From the NCBI GenBank assembly GCA_049325335.1, contig JBMOMC010000011.1, positions 52,926 through 116,925 of the forward strand: a stretch of 64,000 bases of DNA. The letters run 5' to 3'. Positions 18,112 to 27,348 of this stretch are shown piece after piece. A program made the translations under genes and the position numbers. Under the pieces are notes generated by a model that saw only the letters and a program-made list of their open reading frames with translations, had not been told where the DNA came from and made no database searches. The first letter of the stretch is position 1. Each line of letters opens with the position of its first letter. Source of the DNA: Nitrospirota bacterium. GTDB lineage: Bacteria; Nitrospirota; Nitrospiria; 2-01-FULL-66-17.

Positions 18112-19064
18112 GGTGTTCCTCGCAAAATGTAGAAAAACACGAGGGCCAACAGCGAAAGGATGAACGCGACCCCCAGTAGATCCGTGACCCGAAACAGCCG
18201 AAGTTTGGCGAACATGGATTCGATCAGGCCCACGAGCAGTGCAAGCGCGGAGACTTTGGCCAGCCAGACGCCCAGCCCGATCGCCATACTGGCCGGATCG
18301 GGCTCGATGGCGATTCCCCATGGGGCGAAGATGTTGCTCACGAGGGTCAGCATCAGAAGCAGTTTCATGGCGGCGGCCCACTCGACCAAAGCCAGGTATC
18401 GACCCGAGTATTCAAGCACCATGGCCTCGTGGATCATGGTGAGTTCCAGGTGCGTGGCTGGATTGTCCACGGGAACACGGCCGGTTTCAGCCAGGGTGAC
18501 GATGAACAGGGCGGCCAGCGCCATGAGATGGGGGGGCGGATCGGTGACGATGCCCTGAAGCAGGGCCGTGTTGTGGACGATCGTGCTCACGTTCGTGGAG
18601 CCGGCCGTGAGGCCCACCGCAAAAATGGAAAGCATCATGGCGGGCTCGGTCAACGAGAAGACGATGGCCTCGCGGCTGCTCCCCATTCCCCCGAAGGCCG
18701 AGCCGGCGTCCATACCCGCCAACATGAGAAAGAACGTTCCCACGGTCAACAACGACACCACGGTGATGACATCGCCGGCAAAGCTCAACGGCACTCGCGA
18801 AAGAAAAATGGGTACCAACAAGCTGGCCGCCAGCGTGGAGCCGAACAGAATGTAGGGAGTCGCCGTGAAGATCCACGACGTGGTGGTTGAGACGACCACG
18901 CCTTTTTTCAACAGCTTGGTCAGGTCCGAGTAGGGTTGCAGCACACTCGCCCCCCGCCGGCATTGCAGGCGAGCCTTGACCTTGCGGATGAGCCCCACCA
19001 CGAAGGGCGAGACGGCGAGGATGATGACGGTCTGCATGAGGGCGATAGCGGCTGATTGAAGCAT
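18108..19064 (-). CDS. hyfC: HyfC/NuoH-like membrane subunit
   Basis: RKVKARLQCRRG, QPYSDL, GMGSSRE and ETGRVPVDNPATHLELTMIHEAMVLEYSG motifs. Confidence 0.92.
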   Translation of the reverse strand: MLQSAAIALMQTVIILAVSPFVVGLIRKVKARLQCRRGASVLQPYSDLTKLLKKGVVVSTTTSWIFTATPYILFGSTLAASLLVPIFLSRVPLSFAGDVITVVSLLTVGTFFLMLAGMDAGSAFGGMGSSREAIVFSLTEPAMMLSIFAVGLTAGSTNVSTIVHNTALLQGIVTDPPPHLMALAALFIVTLAETGRVPVDNPATHLELTMIHEAMVLEYSGRYLALVEWAAAMKLLLMLTLVSNIFAPWGIAIEPDPASMAIGLGVWLAKVSALALLVGLIESMFAKLRLFRVTDLLGVAFILSLLALVFFYILRGTP

Positions 19065-19084
19065 CGTTATTTACCGTCCGCCTC

Positions 19085-19112
19085 GTAGGGGTTCGACATG
19101 TCGAACCCCTAC
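19085..19112. repeat. GTAG-type REP, perfect 28-bp palindrome inside the hyf operon
   Basis: GTAGGGGTTCGACATGTCGAACCCCTAC; contains the hyfB TAG stop. Confidence 0.8.
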
Positions 19113-21157
19113 CCAACCCATAAGAGCAACGCAATCAGCGTCAGAAAGATGTACGCGAGATACAAGTGCAGGCTTCCGGTCTGCACGATGCGGAGACGGT
19201 TGGCCAGCATGTTGAAGACCCAGACCACGGGATCGTAGAGGTATCGCTGAAACGTGGGTTCAATGTGGACCTCAAACCGCATCCGTTTAGCGAAGTAGCG
19301 GGACTCCTCCAGCATGTCCTTTTCAACCTTGACGGTCGGTCGGTAGATCGTGCTGAAGACCTGACGGATCGGCTGGGCAAATCCGGTGGCCGTGTACTCC
19401 ATTCGCGGCTTGAGATTGATGCCGCAACCCCACGTCTTATAGAACCGTCGGTTCAGTTTTCCCGCGATGAGTACCACGCCGAGGAGGACCAACGGAATGG
19501 TAATCGCCAGGAGGAGCATCAGCACGGGTGTGGAGATGCTGGCAAATTCCGGCCCCATGGGCGTGAGCGCCCACCCGCCTCCGGAGACCACGCTCTGAGC
19601 GAGCTGGGCGTCCGTAAATGAAGCGGTCACTTTGTCGATCATCGGGATGACCGCCATCGGAGCGAGCCCGAGCGCCACACACGCGGCGGCGAGCGCCCCC
19701 ATCCCGATGCGCATGGGCATCGGAACCTCCCGGGCATGCTGGGCGTGGTGGCTGCGCGGCATGGCTAAAAACGAGATCCCGAACGCCTTGGCGAAACAGG
19801 CGACGGCCAGAGCCCCTGTCAGCGCCAGCATGGCCGCGCCGATGGGAATCAAGATCTTCATCAGGGGATCGGGAAGCATGAAACTGAGGAAGAGGCTCTG
19901 AAACGTCAACCATTCACTGACGAACCCATTGGTGGGGGGGAGGGCCGAGATCGAAATCGCTCCTACGAGAAAAAAGAACGCGGTCCACGGCATGGTGCGG
20001 ATCAGCCCGCCGTATTCCTCCATGTTCCTCGTATGGGTGGCGTACAGTATGGACCCGGCTCCCATGAACAGGAGTCCCTTGAACATGGCGTGGTTCAGGG
20101 TGTGATACAGCGCGGCGAGCAGCCCGAGCGCGGCGAGATGAGACAGGCCGTACGATTGGAAGATCATGCCGGCGCCGATTCCCAAGAGAATGATGCCGAT
20201 ATTCTCAACGCTGTGGTAGGCGAGCAGACTCTTGAGGTCGTGTTCCATCAGGGCGTACATGACCCCTAAGAGGGCCGAAACGGCTCCGATGGCCAGTACG
20301 GCAAAGCCCCACCACCAGGGGAATGCGCCGCCGAGAAAGTCAAAGTACACCCTGATCAGCCCGTATATGGCGGTTTTGATCATGACGCCCGACATAAGGG
20401 CTGAAATATGGGACGGGGCGGCGGGGTGGGCGTAAGGCAACCATACGTGTAAGGGCACGATACCGGCCTTGGCGCCGAAGCCGATCAAGGCAGCCAGGAA
20501 AACGACCGTCCGGAAGCCCTCGGGGAGGGGTTCGCCGGGATGGCGAAACGAATCGAACGCAAAGCTGCCGGTCTGCTGGTAGAAGACCAGATAGGCGATC
20601 AGAATGAATGCGGTGCCCACGTGGGTCATCACCAGATAGAAGAACCCGGCATATTTGGTTTCGGCCTTCTCGTGTTCGGTGACCACCAGTAGGTACGAGA
20701 CGAGCGACATGATTTCCCATACGATGAGGAAGAAGAATCCGTCGTCCGCCGTGACGACGAGGACCATCGAGAGCAGAAAGCCGTGATACAGAACGCCTAA
20801 GGCACCGATCGAGTGGCGCCCGTAGAACTCGCGGACGTACCCGAGCGCGTAGATCGAGACGGCGACGCCCGAGACGGAAATGATGAGGACAAAGAAGGCC
20901 GACAATGGGTCGAGACGGAGTTGGATGTGCAGGAGGGGAATGGTCGAAGGAAGCGAGAAGGCGAGGGGTTCGGACGCCAGCAACCCGCCAATGCCGATGA
21001 GCACACCCGCCGTGCAGGCCACCACGGCGGCGCCGTGGGTGAGGGCGTTCTTGACCCGATCACTTGACGGCCAGAGCATAGGAACCAGCGCACCGGCGAG
21101 ATGCGCGGTCACAAGACTGAAGAGGGCCGGACGAACGATTAATGCAGGATCAAACAC
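19109..21157 (-). CDS. hyfB: HyfB-like antiporter subunit
   Basis: WEIMS, KAGIVPLHVWLPYAHPAAPS, LLAYHSVENIG and TWGCG motifs. Confidence 0.92.
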   Translation of the reverse strand: MFDPALIVRPALFSLVTAHLAGALVPMLWPSSDRVKNALTHGAAVVACTAGVLIGIGGLLASEPLAFSLPSTIPLLHIQLRLDPLSAFFVLIISVSGVAVSIYALGYVREFYGRHSIGALGVLYHGFLLSMVLVVTADDGFFFLIVWEIMSLVSYLLVVTEHEKAETKYAGFFYLVMTHVGTAFILIAYLVFYQQTGSFAFDSFRHPGEPLPEGFRTVVFLAALIGFGAKAGIVPLHVWLPYAHPAAPSHISALMSGVMIKTAIYGLIRVYFDFLGGAFPWWWGFAVLAIGAVSALLGVMYALMEHDLKSLLAYHSVENIGIILLGIGAGMIFQSYGLSHLAALGLLAALYHTLNHAMFKGLLFMGAGSILYATHTRNMEEYGGLIRTMPWTAFFFLVGAISISALPPTNGFVSEWLTFQSLFLSFMLPDPLMKILIPIGAAMLALTGALAVACFAKAFGISFLAMPRSHHAQHAREVPMPMRIGMGALAAACVALGLAPMAVIPMIDKVTASFTDAQLAQSVVSGGGWALTPMGPEFASISTPVLMLLLAITIPLVLLGVVLIAGKLNRRFYKTWGCGINLKPRMEYTATGFAQPIRQVFSTIYRPTVKVEKDMLEESRYFAKRMRFEVHIEPTFQRYLYDPVVWVFNMLANRLRIVQTGSLHLYLAYIFLTLIALLLWVG

Positions 21158-21327
21158 GAAAGTGCCACACGCTGCAGTTCCTCGTTCTTCAATGACCGTG
21201 TACGACGTGGTGACCCGCGCAGGAGAGTTCCTGGCGCAAACTGTCTTGCATCATAGGACAAAGCGCGCGGAGAACACAATGGCTGTGAATGCGTCGTGTC
21301 GTGGAAGTGGGGTAGGCGCGTGATCCC

Positions 21328-21939
21328 TCATGAAGACTTCGACCGCTTCGCGGATGAGGTCTTGAGTCGCGTTACGGTGTCCGCGAGCTGCGAGATCGTC
21401 GCGGCAGTGAGGTCGCGGATGGTGATATTGGCCTCTTCATCGCCGTGGAACGTGCAGAGCGCGATGGTATAGCAATTCGTCCCGCCACGGATAATTTTCA
21501 GCGCGATGTTCGACTGGTGGCAGTGTACGCCGACGAAGACGCACACGTCGATGCGGTTGTGCCAAATCGTGATATTGGGGTGGTTAGGATTAATTTCGAC
21601 CTCAGGATTGAGCTTGGGATACTTCGGCCGATAATCGGCCATGGGAATCACGTGCGCGGGAATGGACTCGGCCAGCTTCTTGACGGCCTTCGCTTCGGCC
21701 GACGAGCGTTCGGACCAGTGCCAGAGGACCAGCGGACCGGGGAAGATAGTAGGGTGCTTGGCGGCGATCAACCGCCGAGCGGCGATTTCCATGCCTTCCG
21801 CCACCGGAACCGGTGACCCCTCGACCAAGATCTGGCCCGCGTCGGGGGTCATGACGCCCATCGCGGCTGCCGCGGGAGGGAGAAATCCCTCTGGACCTGG
21901 AAGCACCCGGTATTTCGATTGTAGCTGTTGCCGTTCCAT
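21328..21939 (-). CDS. Delta-subunit-like protein of five-subunit 2-oxoacid:ferredoxin oxidoreductases (PorD/ForD type), paralog 1
   Basis: PTIFPGPLVLW, DYRPKYPKLNPEVEINPNHPNITIWHN, GVHCHQ and GTNCYTIALC motifs; AGGAGG RBS before ATG 21939. Confidence 0.75.
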   Translation of the reverse strand: MERQQLQSKYRVLPGPEGFLPPAAAAMGVMTPDAGQILVEGSPVPVAEGMEIAARRLIAAKHPTIFPGPLVLWHWSERSSAEAKAVKKLAESIPAHVIPMADYRPKYPKLNPEVEINPNHPNITIWHNRIDVCVFVGVHCHQSNIALKIIRGGTNCYTIALCTFHGDEEANITIRDLTAATISQLADTVTRLKTSSAKRSKSS

Positions 21940-22014
21940 GTGTGACGTCCTCCTTTCGGTTGTGAAGAGGTTCACAGGGCTAAAACCTTGTCGGAAGTCG
22001 GTGATGCCGGGTGG

Positions 22015-22857
22015 TCACGTCCATGCCACGCGGTGTTCATCTAACACGGCTTCAAGGATCGCCGTATCTTCCCACTGTTCGCGGGAGAGATTGGAGCCAT
22101 CCGTGAACGCGTACGTCGGGCGCTCCACCTGGTAGAGGAGGCCGACGCACGGCACGCTGTCCGCGAAGGCGGCCGACAGCGCGTGGGTCAGGTTCCCGGC
22201 GTCGTGGGTTGATCCGATTTCCTTCACGAGTGGGATGCCGTTTGATCCGGTTTCTCCCTCTCCGTGGTGAAACGTTGGGCAGGGCGAGAGCATATTCACC
22301 ACCGAAAATCCCGGATGGTTGAGGGCCCGCGCGATTAACGTGTGCGCTTCATCCGGTCGCCATGTCGCTGTCTGAGCGACGAACGTCGCTCCGGCCGCGA
22401 GCAGGACGGCGAGGGCATTTAAGGGGTGGGCGCCCTCGCGGACGTTCGTCGGAGACGGCTGTCCTCTCGTCATGCCGTAGGACTGGTTGTCCATAATCAG
22501 ATAGGTGAGTCGGGGATTCTTGCGGGCGGTGTGGATGAGATGATTCCCGCCGATCGAGAAGGCGTCGCCGTCTCCACCCGCTACCACGACGCGGAGCCCC
22601 GGGTTCGCCGCCTTTACGCCGAGGGCTAAGGGGAGCGCGCGACCGTGCGCGCCGTGAATCGCGTAGCTCCGAAGCTGAAACGTGATCAGGCTGGAACAGC
22701 CCACTCCGGTGACGACGACCGTATCGGCCGGTCGCGCGCCGGACGCCGCCAGGGCGCGGCACAGCGCGTCAAAGATGTCGGCGTGTCCGCATCCTTGACA
22801 CCAGCGGGCGTCCCTGCCGGTCGAAAACGTGAGACGAGCATGGACATCGGTGGGCAT
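22015..22857 (-). CDS. korB: 2-oxoacid:ferredoxin oxidoreductase beta subunit (TPP-binding)
   Basis: WCQGCG, GVGCSS, HGRALP, GDGD..N, YGMTRGQPSPT and SPCPTF motifs. Confidence 0.9.
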   Translation of the reverse strand: MPTDVHARLTFSTGRDARWCQGCGHADIFDALCRALAASGARPADTVVVTGVGCSSLITFQLRSYAIHGAHGRALPLALGVKAANPGLRVVVAGGDGDAFSIGGNHLIHTARKNPRLTYLIMDNQSYGMTRGQPSPTNVREGAHPLNALAVLLAAGATFVAQTATWRPDEAHTLIARALNHPGFSVVNMLSPCPTFHHGEGETGSNGIPLVKEIGSTHDAGNLTHALSAAFADSVPCVGLLYQVERPTYAFTDGSNLSREQWEDTAILEAVLDEHRVAWT

Positions 22858-22865
22858 CGGGTCTC

Positions 22866-24641
22866 CTACTGCGTGAGGTCTTCTCTTCCGAAAATATCCC
22901 AGGCCGTCAACGGGACTCCACGATACCGGGTTACCAGCTTTGGTTTGATCGCGGTTGAGGCGGCGATCACGCGGGCGAATTGGCCTTGGCGATTGCCTTC
23001 CACGACCACGACCTGGCCAACGGACCGTGCGAAGTCCGTCAGCGTCTTAACCGGAGGCGGCCACAACACCTTCGGATACAGCGCCGCGACGGGCATGCCG
23101 ATCGCGTTGAAACGCTGCACCGCTTCCCGCACCGCGCCCTGCGTCGACCCCCAACTGACCAGGCCCACCGCGGCCGCGGGAGGACCCTCGCGCTCTACCG
23201 GGGGACACTCGTCCTCGAGCCGCAGGAGCTTTTGAAAGCGTTTATCCGTCATGGCTTCGTGGATGTCGGGTGCGTCCGAGGGGAACGCAAGCCCCGTGTG
23301 TTCGAGTCCGGTCGCCGCGTATTCACCGCCGGCCTGTCCGGGGACGGACATGGGCGAAATCCCGGAGTCGGTCAGCCGATAGCGGGAATAGGGCCCCTGT
23401 CCGGGTAGGAATGGCACACGATCGACGACCGCGATTGCCGCGAGATTCGGCCGCGCAATCGTGTGTTCCCGAAGAGCCAGCGACGCGTCGCTCAACAGAA
23501 TCACGGGGAGTTGATATCGCTCGGCGAGATTGAATGCCTCGACGGTGAGGTGGACGCAATCGTGGACGTCTCCCGGCGCGAGGACGATCCTGGGTGCGTC
23601 GCCGTGTGCCCCGCAGGTGGCTGACAGCAGGTCCGCTTGTTCGTACTTGGTGGGAAGGCCGGTGCTGGCTCCCGCGCGCTGGATGTCGACGACCACGACT
23701 GGGATCTCGGCCATCGATGCGTACCCGATCAGTTCTTGCATCAGGTCGAGTCCCGGGCCGGATGTGCCGGTCATGGCTTTGACGCCTGCCAACGACGCAC
23801 CGATGGCCACGCCGAGCGAGGCCATCCCGTCCTCCGCCGCGCATATCTTCCCGCCGAGGAGAGGAAGATGAACGGCGAGCCATTCCGCGACCGACGTCGC
23901 CGGCGTAATCGGGTAATGGGCATACAACCGGCAGCCGGCCATCAGCGCCCCGAGGCCGATCGCCTCGTTGCCGGTGAGAAGAACGGCTTCATCACGCGCC
24001 GCGCCGACCGGGGCCAAGAAGCGGTCGCGTTTCACCAGATGCTCCTTCGCGTACCGCGCGCCGCCGGCCAATGCAGCGAGGTTCGAGGACACCACGTGGT
24101 GCCCCTTAGTTGCCAGCCGTTTTCGCAACGAGGTTTCGATGTTGGCGAAGGAGAACCCGAACAATTCCGAGAGAACCCCTAATGCCACGACATTTTTCGC
24201 GACCGGCGACCCGGCGGCTTCGGCGAGCGCGCTCATGGGCACGGGATAGGACACGACACCGGGGGGGTACGCTCGGGGCGCCGCGTCGTGTACACGGTCG
24301 TAGAGCACGACATCTCCCGCGGTCAGATCTTCTCGGTGGGCGCGATGGGCTTCGTGATCGAGCACGACCCACACATCGACGCGGTCCCCTTCCGTCAGGA
24401 GGGTTGAGGGCGAGACCCGGAGCTGGTACATCGTGTCCCCACCGCGTACTTCCGCGGAGAAGGTGGCTCCGGATAGGACCTCCAGTCCGGACAATGCGGC
24501 GGCTTCGGTCAGCATCCGGCCGGCGGTCAGGATCCCATCGCCGCCCACACCCACAAATCTGACGATAAGGCTCTCGTCAAGCTGACTTAGTCGGCGCGAC
24601 ATCAGGGGCCACGCGGCGGACGAGAGGAGGTTTTCGGGCAT
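22866..24641 (-). CDS. korA: 2-oxoacid:ferredoxin oxidoreductase alpha subunit (gamma-alpha fusion)
   Basis: GVGGDG, AEVRGG, YPITPA, TSGPG and QRAGASTGLPTKYEQADL motifs; TGATG coupling with the upstream TPR gene. Confidence 0.9.
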   Translation of the reverse strand: MPENLLSSAAWPLMSRRLSQLDESLIVRFVGVGGDGILTAGRMLTEAAALSGLEVLSGATFSAEVRGGDTMYQLRVSPSTLLTEGDRVDVWVVLDHEAHRAHREDLTAGDVVLYDRVHDAAPRAYPPGVVSYPVPMSALAEAAGSPVAKNVVALGVLSELFGFSFANIETSLRKRLATKGHHVVSSNLAALAGGARYAKEHLVKRDRFLAPVGAARDEAVLLTGNEAIGLGALMAGCRLYAHYPITPATSVAEWLAVHLPLLGGKICAAEDGMASLGVAIGASLAGVKAMTGTSGPGLDLMQELIGYASMAEIPVVVVDIQRAGASTGLPTKYEQADLLSATCGAHGDAPRIVLAPGDVHDCVHLTVEAFNLAERYQLPVILLSDASLALREHTIARPNLAAIAVVDRVPFLPGQGPYSRYRLTDSGISPMSVPGQAGGEYAATGLEHTGLAFPSDAPDIHEAMTDKRFQKLLRLEDECPPVEREGPPAAAVGLVSWGSTQGAVREAVQRFNAIGMPVAALYPKVLWPPPVKTLTDFARSVGQVVVVEGNRQGQFARVIAASTAIKPKLVTRYRGVPLTAWDIFGREDLTQ

Positions 24642-24910
24642 CAGGATACGGTTTCGCGACCAAGCGAGCGGGCCTGAACCAGCGCCTCTCGCGCGGCCAA
24701 GTGATTCGGATCCATCCGGAGGATTTCTTGGAGCACCGTGACGGCCTCGTCGCTGCGGCGGAGGTCCAGCAGGAAGAGCCCACACTTCAATCGAAGGTCG
24801 ATGTCACGAGGCTTGACGGCGAGTTGTCGGCGATACCAACCGATCAGCCACGCCACCTCGTCGGGAGAAATCGTCGCGCTGTCCTTCTTGGCAATCATGA
24901 CCAACTCCAT
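24641..24910 (-). CDS. Small TPR-like protein
   Basis: TPR-like pattern LKCGLFLLDLRRSDEAVTVLQEILRMDPNHLAAREAL; translationally coupled to korA. Confidence 0.7.
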   Translation of the reverse strand: MELVMIAKKDSATISPDEVAWLIGWYRRQLAVKPRDIDLRLKCGLFLLDLRRSDEAVTVLQEILRMDPNHLAAREALVQARSLGRETVS

Positions 24911-24961
24911 GTTCTGTTCCGGTTCGTCGTCTCGTCGTGTCGTTATTGAGAGGGCCCGCAG

Positions 24962-25708
24962 TCACTCCGCATGTTCATCCAGCCCGACGGCCAGTTCATG
25001 GTCCCACCGTTCCATGGTGGCTTGGACCTCTTGCCGAGCTTGTGCACGATGCTTGGCTCGTGCAGCCAATTCGGCCTTTCCCGCGTCCGTGAGCGCCCAC
25101 GGAACAACTTTCCCACTGTTACGCCGCGCGACAATGGCTTTCCGCAGACGGGCGAGCTTGTCGAGGTCGACCCATCCGAGACTGGCGATGGCATCCTCGT
25201 GGGTATCGTTGGCGCACAGCGCGATCGTGTAACAGTTCGTCCCCGCGCGGATCATCTTCATCATCACGTTTACAAAGTGACAATGAGCGTCCATGAACAG
25301 GCCCACTTCGATCTTGTTGTGCCAGATCGTCAGGTTGGGATGACAGGGATTGATCACCACTTCAGGGTCGATCTTGGGATAGATCGGCCGGTAATCGGGC
25401 ATGGGGATGATGTTGATTCCCGGGATTTCGGCGATGAGCTCGAGAGCCGCTGCCGCACGTACTCGCGTCGCTTCGTTCCACCCCCACAGCAGCAACGGAC
25501 CGGGGAAGAACGTGGGGTTGCGTCTCGTGAGCAACTGTTCCGCGATCTGCGGGATCAATTCCTCATCCGATACCACGTCGCCTTCCAACCACCCTTGGCC
25601 CGGGACCGGGAATCGGGTCGCCAAGGCCGCGGCCGCTGCCGGAAGCAGCTCGCCTGGTCCGGGTTGAATGGGGCCTCTCCGTCTTCCTCGGGCAGACTTA
25701 ACGGGCAT
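24962..25708 (-). CDS. Delta-subunit-like protein (PorD/ForD type), paralog 2
   Basis: PTFFPGPLLLW, PMPDYRPIYPKIDPEVVINPCHPNLTIWHN, AHCH and GTNCYTIALC motifs; AAGGAG RBS before ATG 25708. Confidence 0.75.
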   Translation of the reverse strand: MPVKSARGRRRGPIQPGPGELLPAAAAALATRFPVPGQGWLEGDVVSDEELIPQIAEQLLTRRNPTFFPGPLLLWGWNEATRVRAAAALELIAEIPGINIIPMPDYRPIYPKIDPEVVINPCHPNLTIWHNKIEVGLFMDAHCHFVNVMMKMIRAGTNCYTIALCANDTHEDAIASLGWVDLDKLARLRKAIVARRNSGKVVPWALTDAGKAELAARAKHRAQARQEVQATMERWDHELAVGLDEHAE

Positions 25709-25778
25709 CGACAACTCCTTTGCTGTGGAGACGTGCTGGTAAAAGCATCGCGCTCGCAGGTCACATCGCGCCCAAACT

Positions 25779-25794
25779 TGCATCGACCATGCCA
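25779..25794 (-). promoter_or_regulatory. Sigma54 -24/-12 promoter for the oxidoreductase/Ehr genes
   Basis: Minus strand TGGCATGGTCGATGCA (GG-N10-GC), about 70 nt upstream of ATG 25708. Confidence 0.75.
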
Positions 25795-25977
25795 GATAGA
25801 TGAATCCGGTGAATCGAGCGAGGCGACGAGTTTCATGGGGTCCGACGACAAGCGCCCATGCGGAGGTCGTCGCAAGAAGATGCAAACTCTGCGGTACAAG
25901 AAAAAACTGCACCGGGTTCATCGCCGGACACTGGATCTTCCGGACGTGTTATAATGCAGCACTTCCACGTTGAATTG

Positions 25978-27348
25978 ATGTTTCGTCCCAGTCCGCAACA
26001 GCCGCTACTTGGGAATTTCCCTGCGCGGCTCATCATCCCGGTTCTCGTCATCCTTGCGGCGGTTGTCGCCATCGTGGCCTTCCTCGGCCTCGAACACGAG
26101 CGGCGAATCTTCCAAGACGTCACCAACCAGGCGGCGGGCGTTGAGTCGGCCCGCACTCGCCTCATCCAAACGACGATCGTCCTGTTTCTCTTCGCGGGCT
26201 TGGGCATCTCGGCGCTTCTGACCTATCAAAGTGATCAATCGACCAAACGGACGCTGGAACGGGTCAAAGGGCTGGCTCGGAATATCCTCCACAGCATTCC
26301 AAGCGGTGTGTTGACGGTAGATCAGTCGGGACGCGTGACGGCCATCAATCCAATGGCTGAGCGAATCTTGGGTGTCACCGCGGAATCGACACTCGGTTTG
26401 GACCTTGACCAGCGGTTCGGCGTCGACGACCCCGTGTATCAGTGCATGCGCCAAGCCTTGGCTGATGCCGAGTTCGTTCGGAATTTCGATATTCGGTATC
26501 CGCCGCAGGACGTCCGCTGGATTCGGCTCACGACGTCCCCACTCACGGATCACGAACATGGGAGAGCCGGCGTGGTGATCCTGCTCCAGGACGTCACCGA
26601 CCTCTTGGTGTTGGAAGACCAACTCCGACGCGGCGAGAAACTCTCGGCGCTCCATACGCTCTCGGCAGGCGTGGCTCACGAGATCCGCAACCCGTTGAGT
26701 GCGATCGATCTCAATCTGCATCTCTTACAGGAAGAGATCGGCGGCGAACCCATGAATACCGGGGCGGTCCAAGGCTACTCGGACATCCTCAATGCCGAGG
26801 TCAGACGGATCAGAGGCATTTTGGATAACTTTCTGCGCTTTGCGCGGCCCACGTCGCTGGTGTTGAGCGACGTCAGGCTGGATGGGATTGCGCGACATAT
26901 CGGTGAGCTCGTCCGGTACGAAGCTCAAGAGCACGGCGTTGAAATTCTCATCGATTTCCCCGACGATCTCCCCGTTGTGTCGGGCGACGAGACTCAATTG
27001 GGCCAGGTGTTTCTCAACCTGATGATCAATGCGGTTCAGGCCATGCCACAGGGAGGGACGCTGCGGATATCGGGCCTGCAGCGGATCGCCGACGTAAGAA
27101 CCGTCGTGGAGATCTCGGTCCGCGACACGGGAATCGGTATCAACAAGGCCGACCTCACGAAAGTCTTTGAGCCGTTCTTCAGCACCAAGGCGGACGGGAA
27201 CGGTCTCGGGCTCGCCATCGCGTACCGTATCGTTGAAGATCATGGTGGAACCATTCGGGTGACCAGTGAACCGGGGGCGGGAACCACGTTTGTATTGTCA
27301 TTCCCAACCGTTCCCGCAGCAGATGAACAGACGATCCGGCAGACATGA
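25978..27348 (+). CDS. NtrB-like sensor histidine kinase (2 TM, PAS, HisKA, HATPase)
   Basis: AHEIRNPL, NLMINAVQAM, DTGIG, FEPFFSTK and GLGL motifs; start codon uncertain (25954 or 25978). Confidence 0.92.
   Translation: MFRPSPQQPLLGNFPARLIIPVLVILAAVVAIVAFLGLEHERRIFQDVTNQAAGVESARTRLIQTTIVLFLFAGLGISALLTYQSDQSTKRTLERVKGLARNILHSIPSGVLTVDQSGRVTAINPMAERILGVTAESTLGLDLDQRFGVDDPVYQCMRQALADAEFVRNFDIRYPPQDVRWIRLTTSPLTDHEHGRAGVVILLQDVTDLLVLEDQLRRGEKLSALHTLSAGVAHEIRNPLSAIDLNLHLLQEEIGGEPMNTGAVQGYSDILNAEVRRIRGILDNFLRFARPTSLVLSDVRLDGIARHIGELVRYEAQEHGVEILIDFPDDLPVVSGDETQLGQVFLNLMINAVQAMPQGGTLRISGLQRIADVRTVVEISVRDTGIGINKADLTKVFEPFFSTKADGNGLGLAIAYRIVEDHGGTIRVTSEPGAGTTFVLSFPTVPAADEQTIRQT

Noticed and set aside
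12295..21157. Functional NiFe hydrogenase-4 / formate hydrogenlyase
   Set aside because: The Ni-binding CxxC motifs are absent, and there are no maturation or fdh genes in the window
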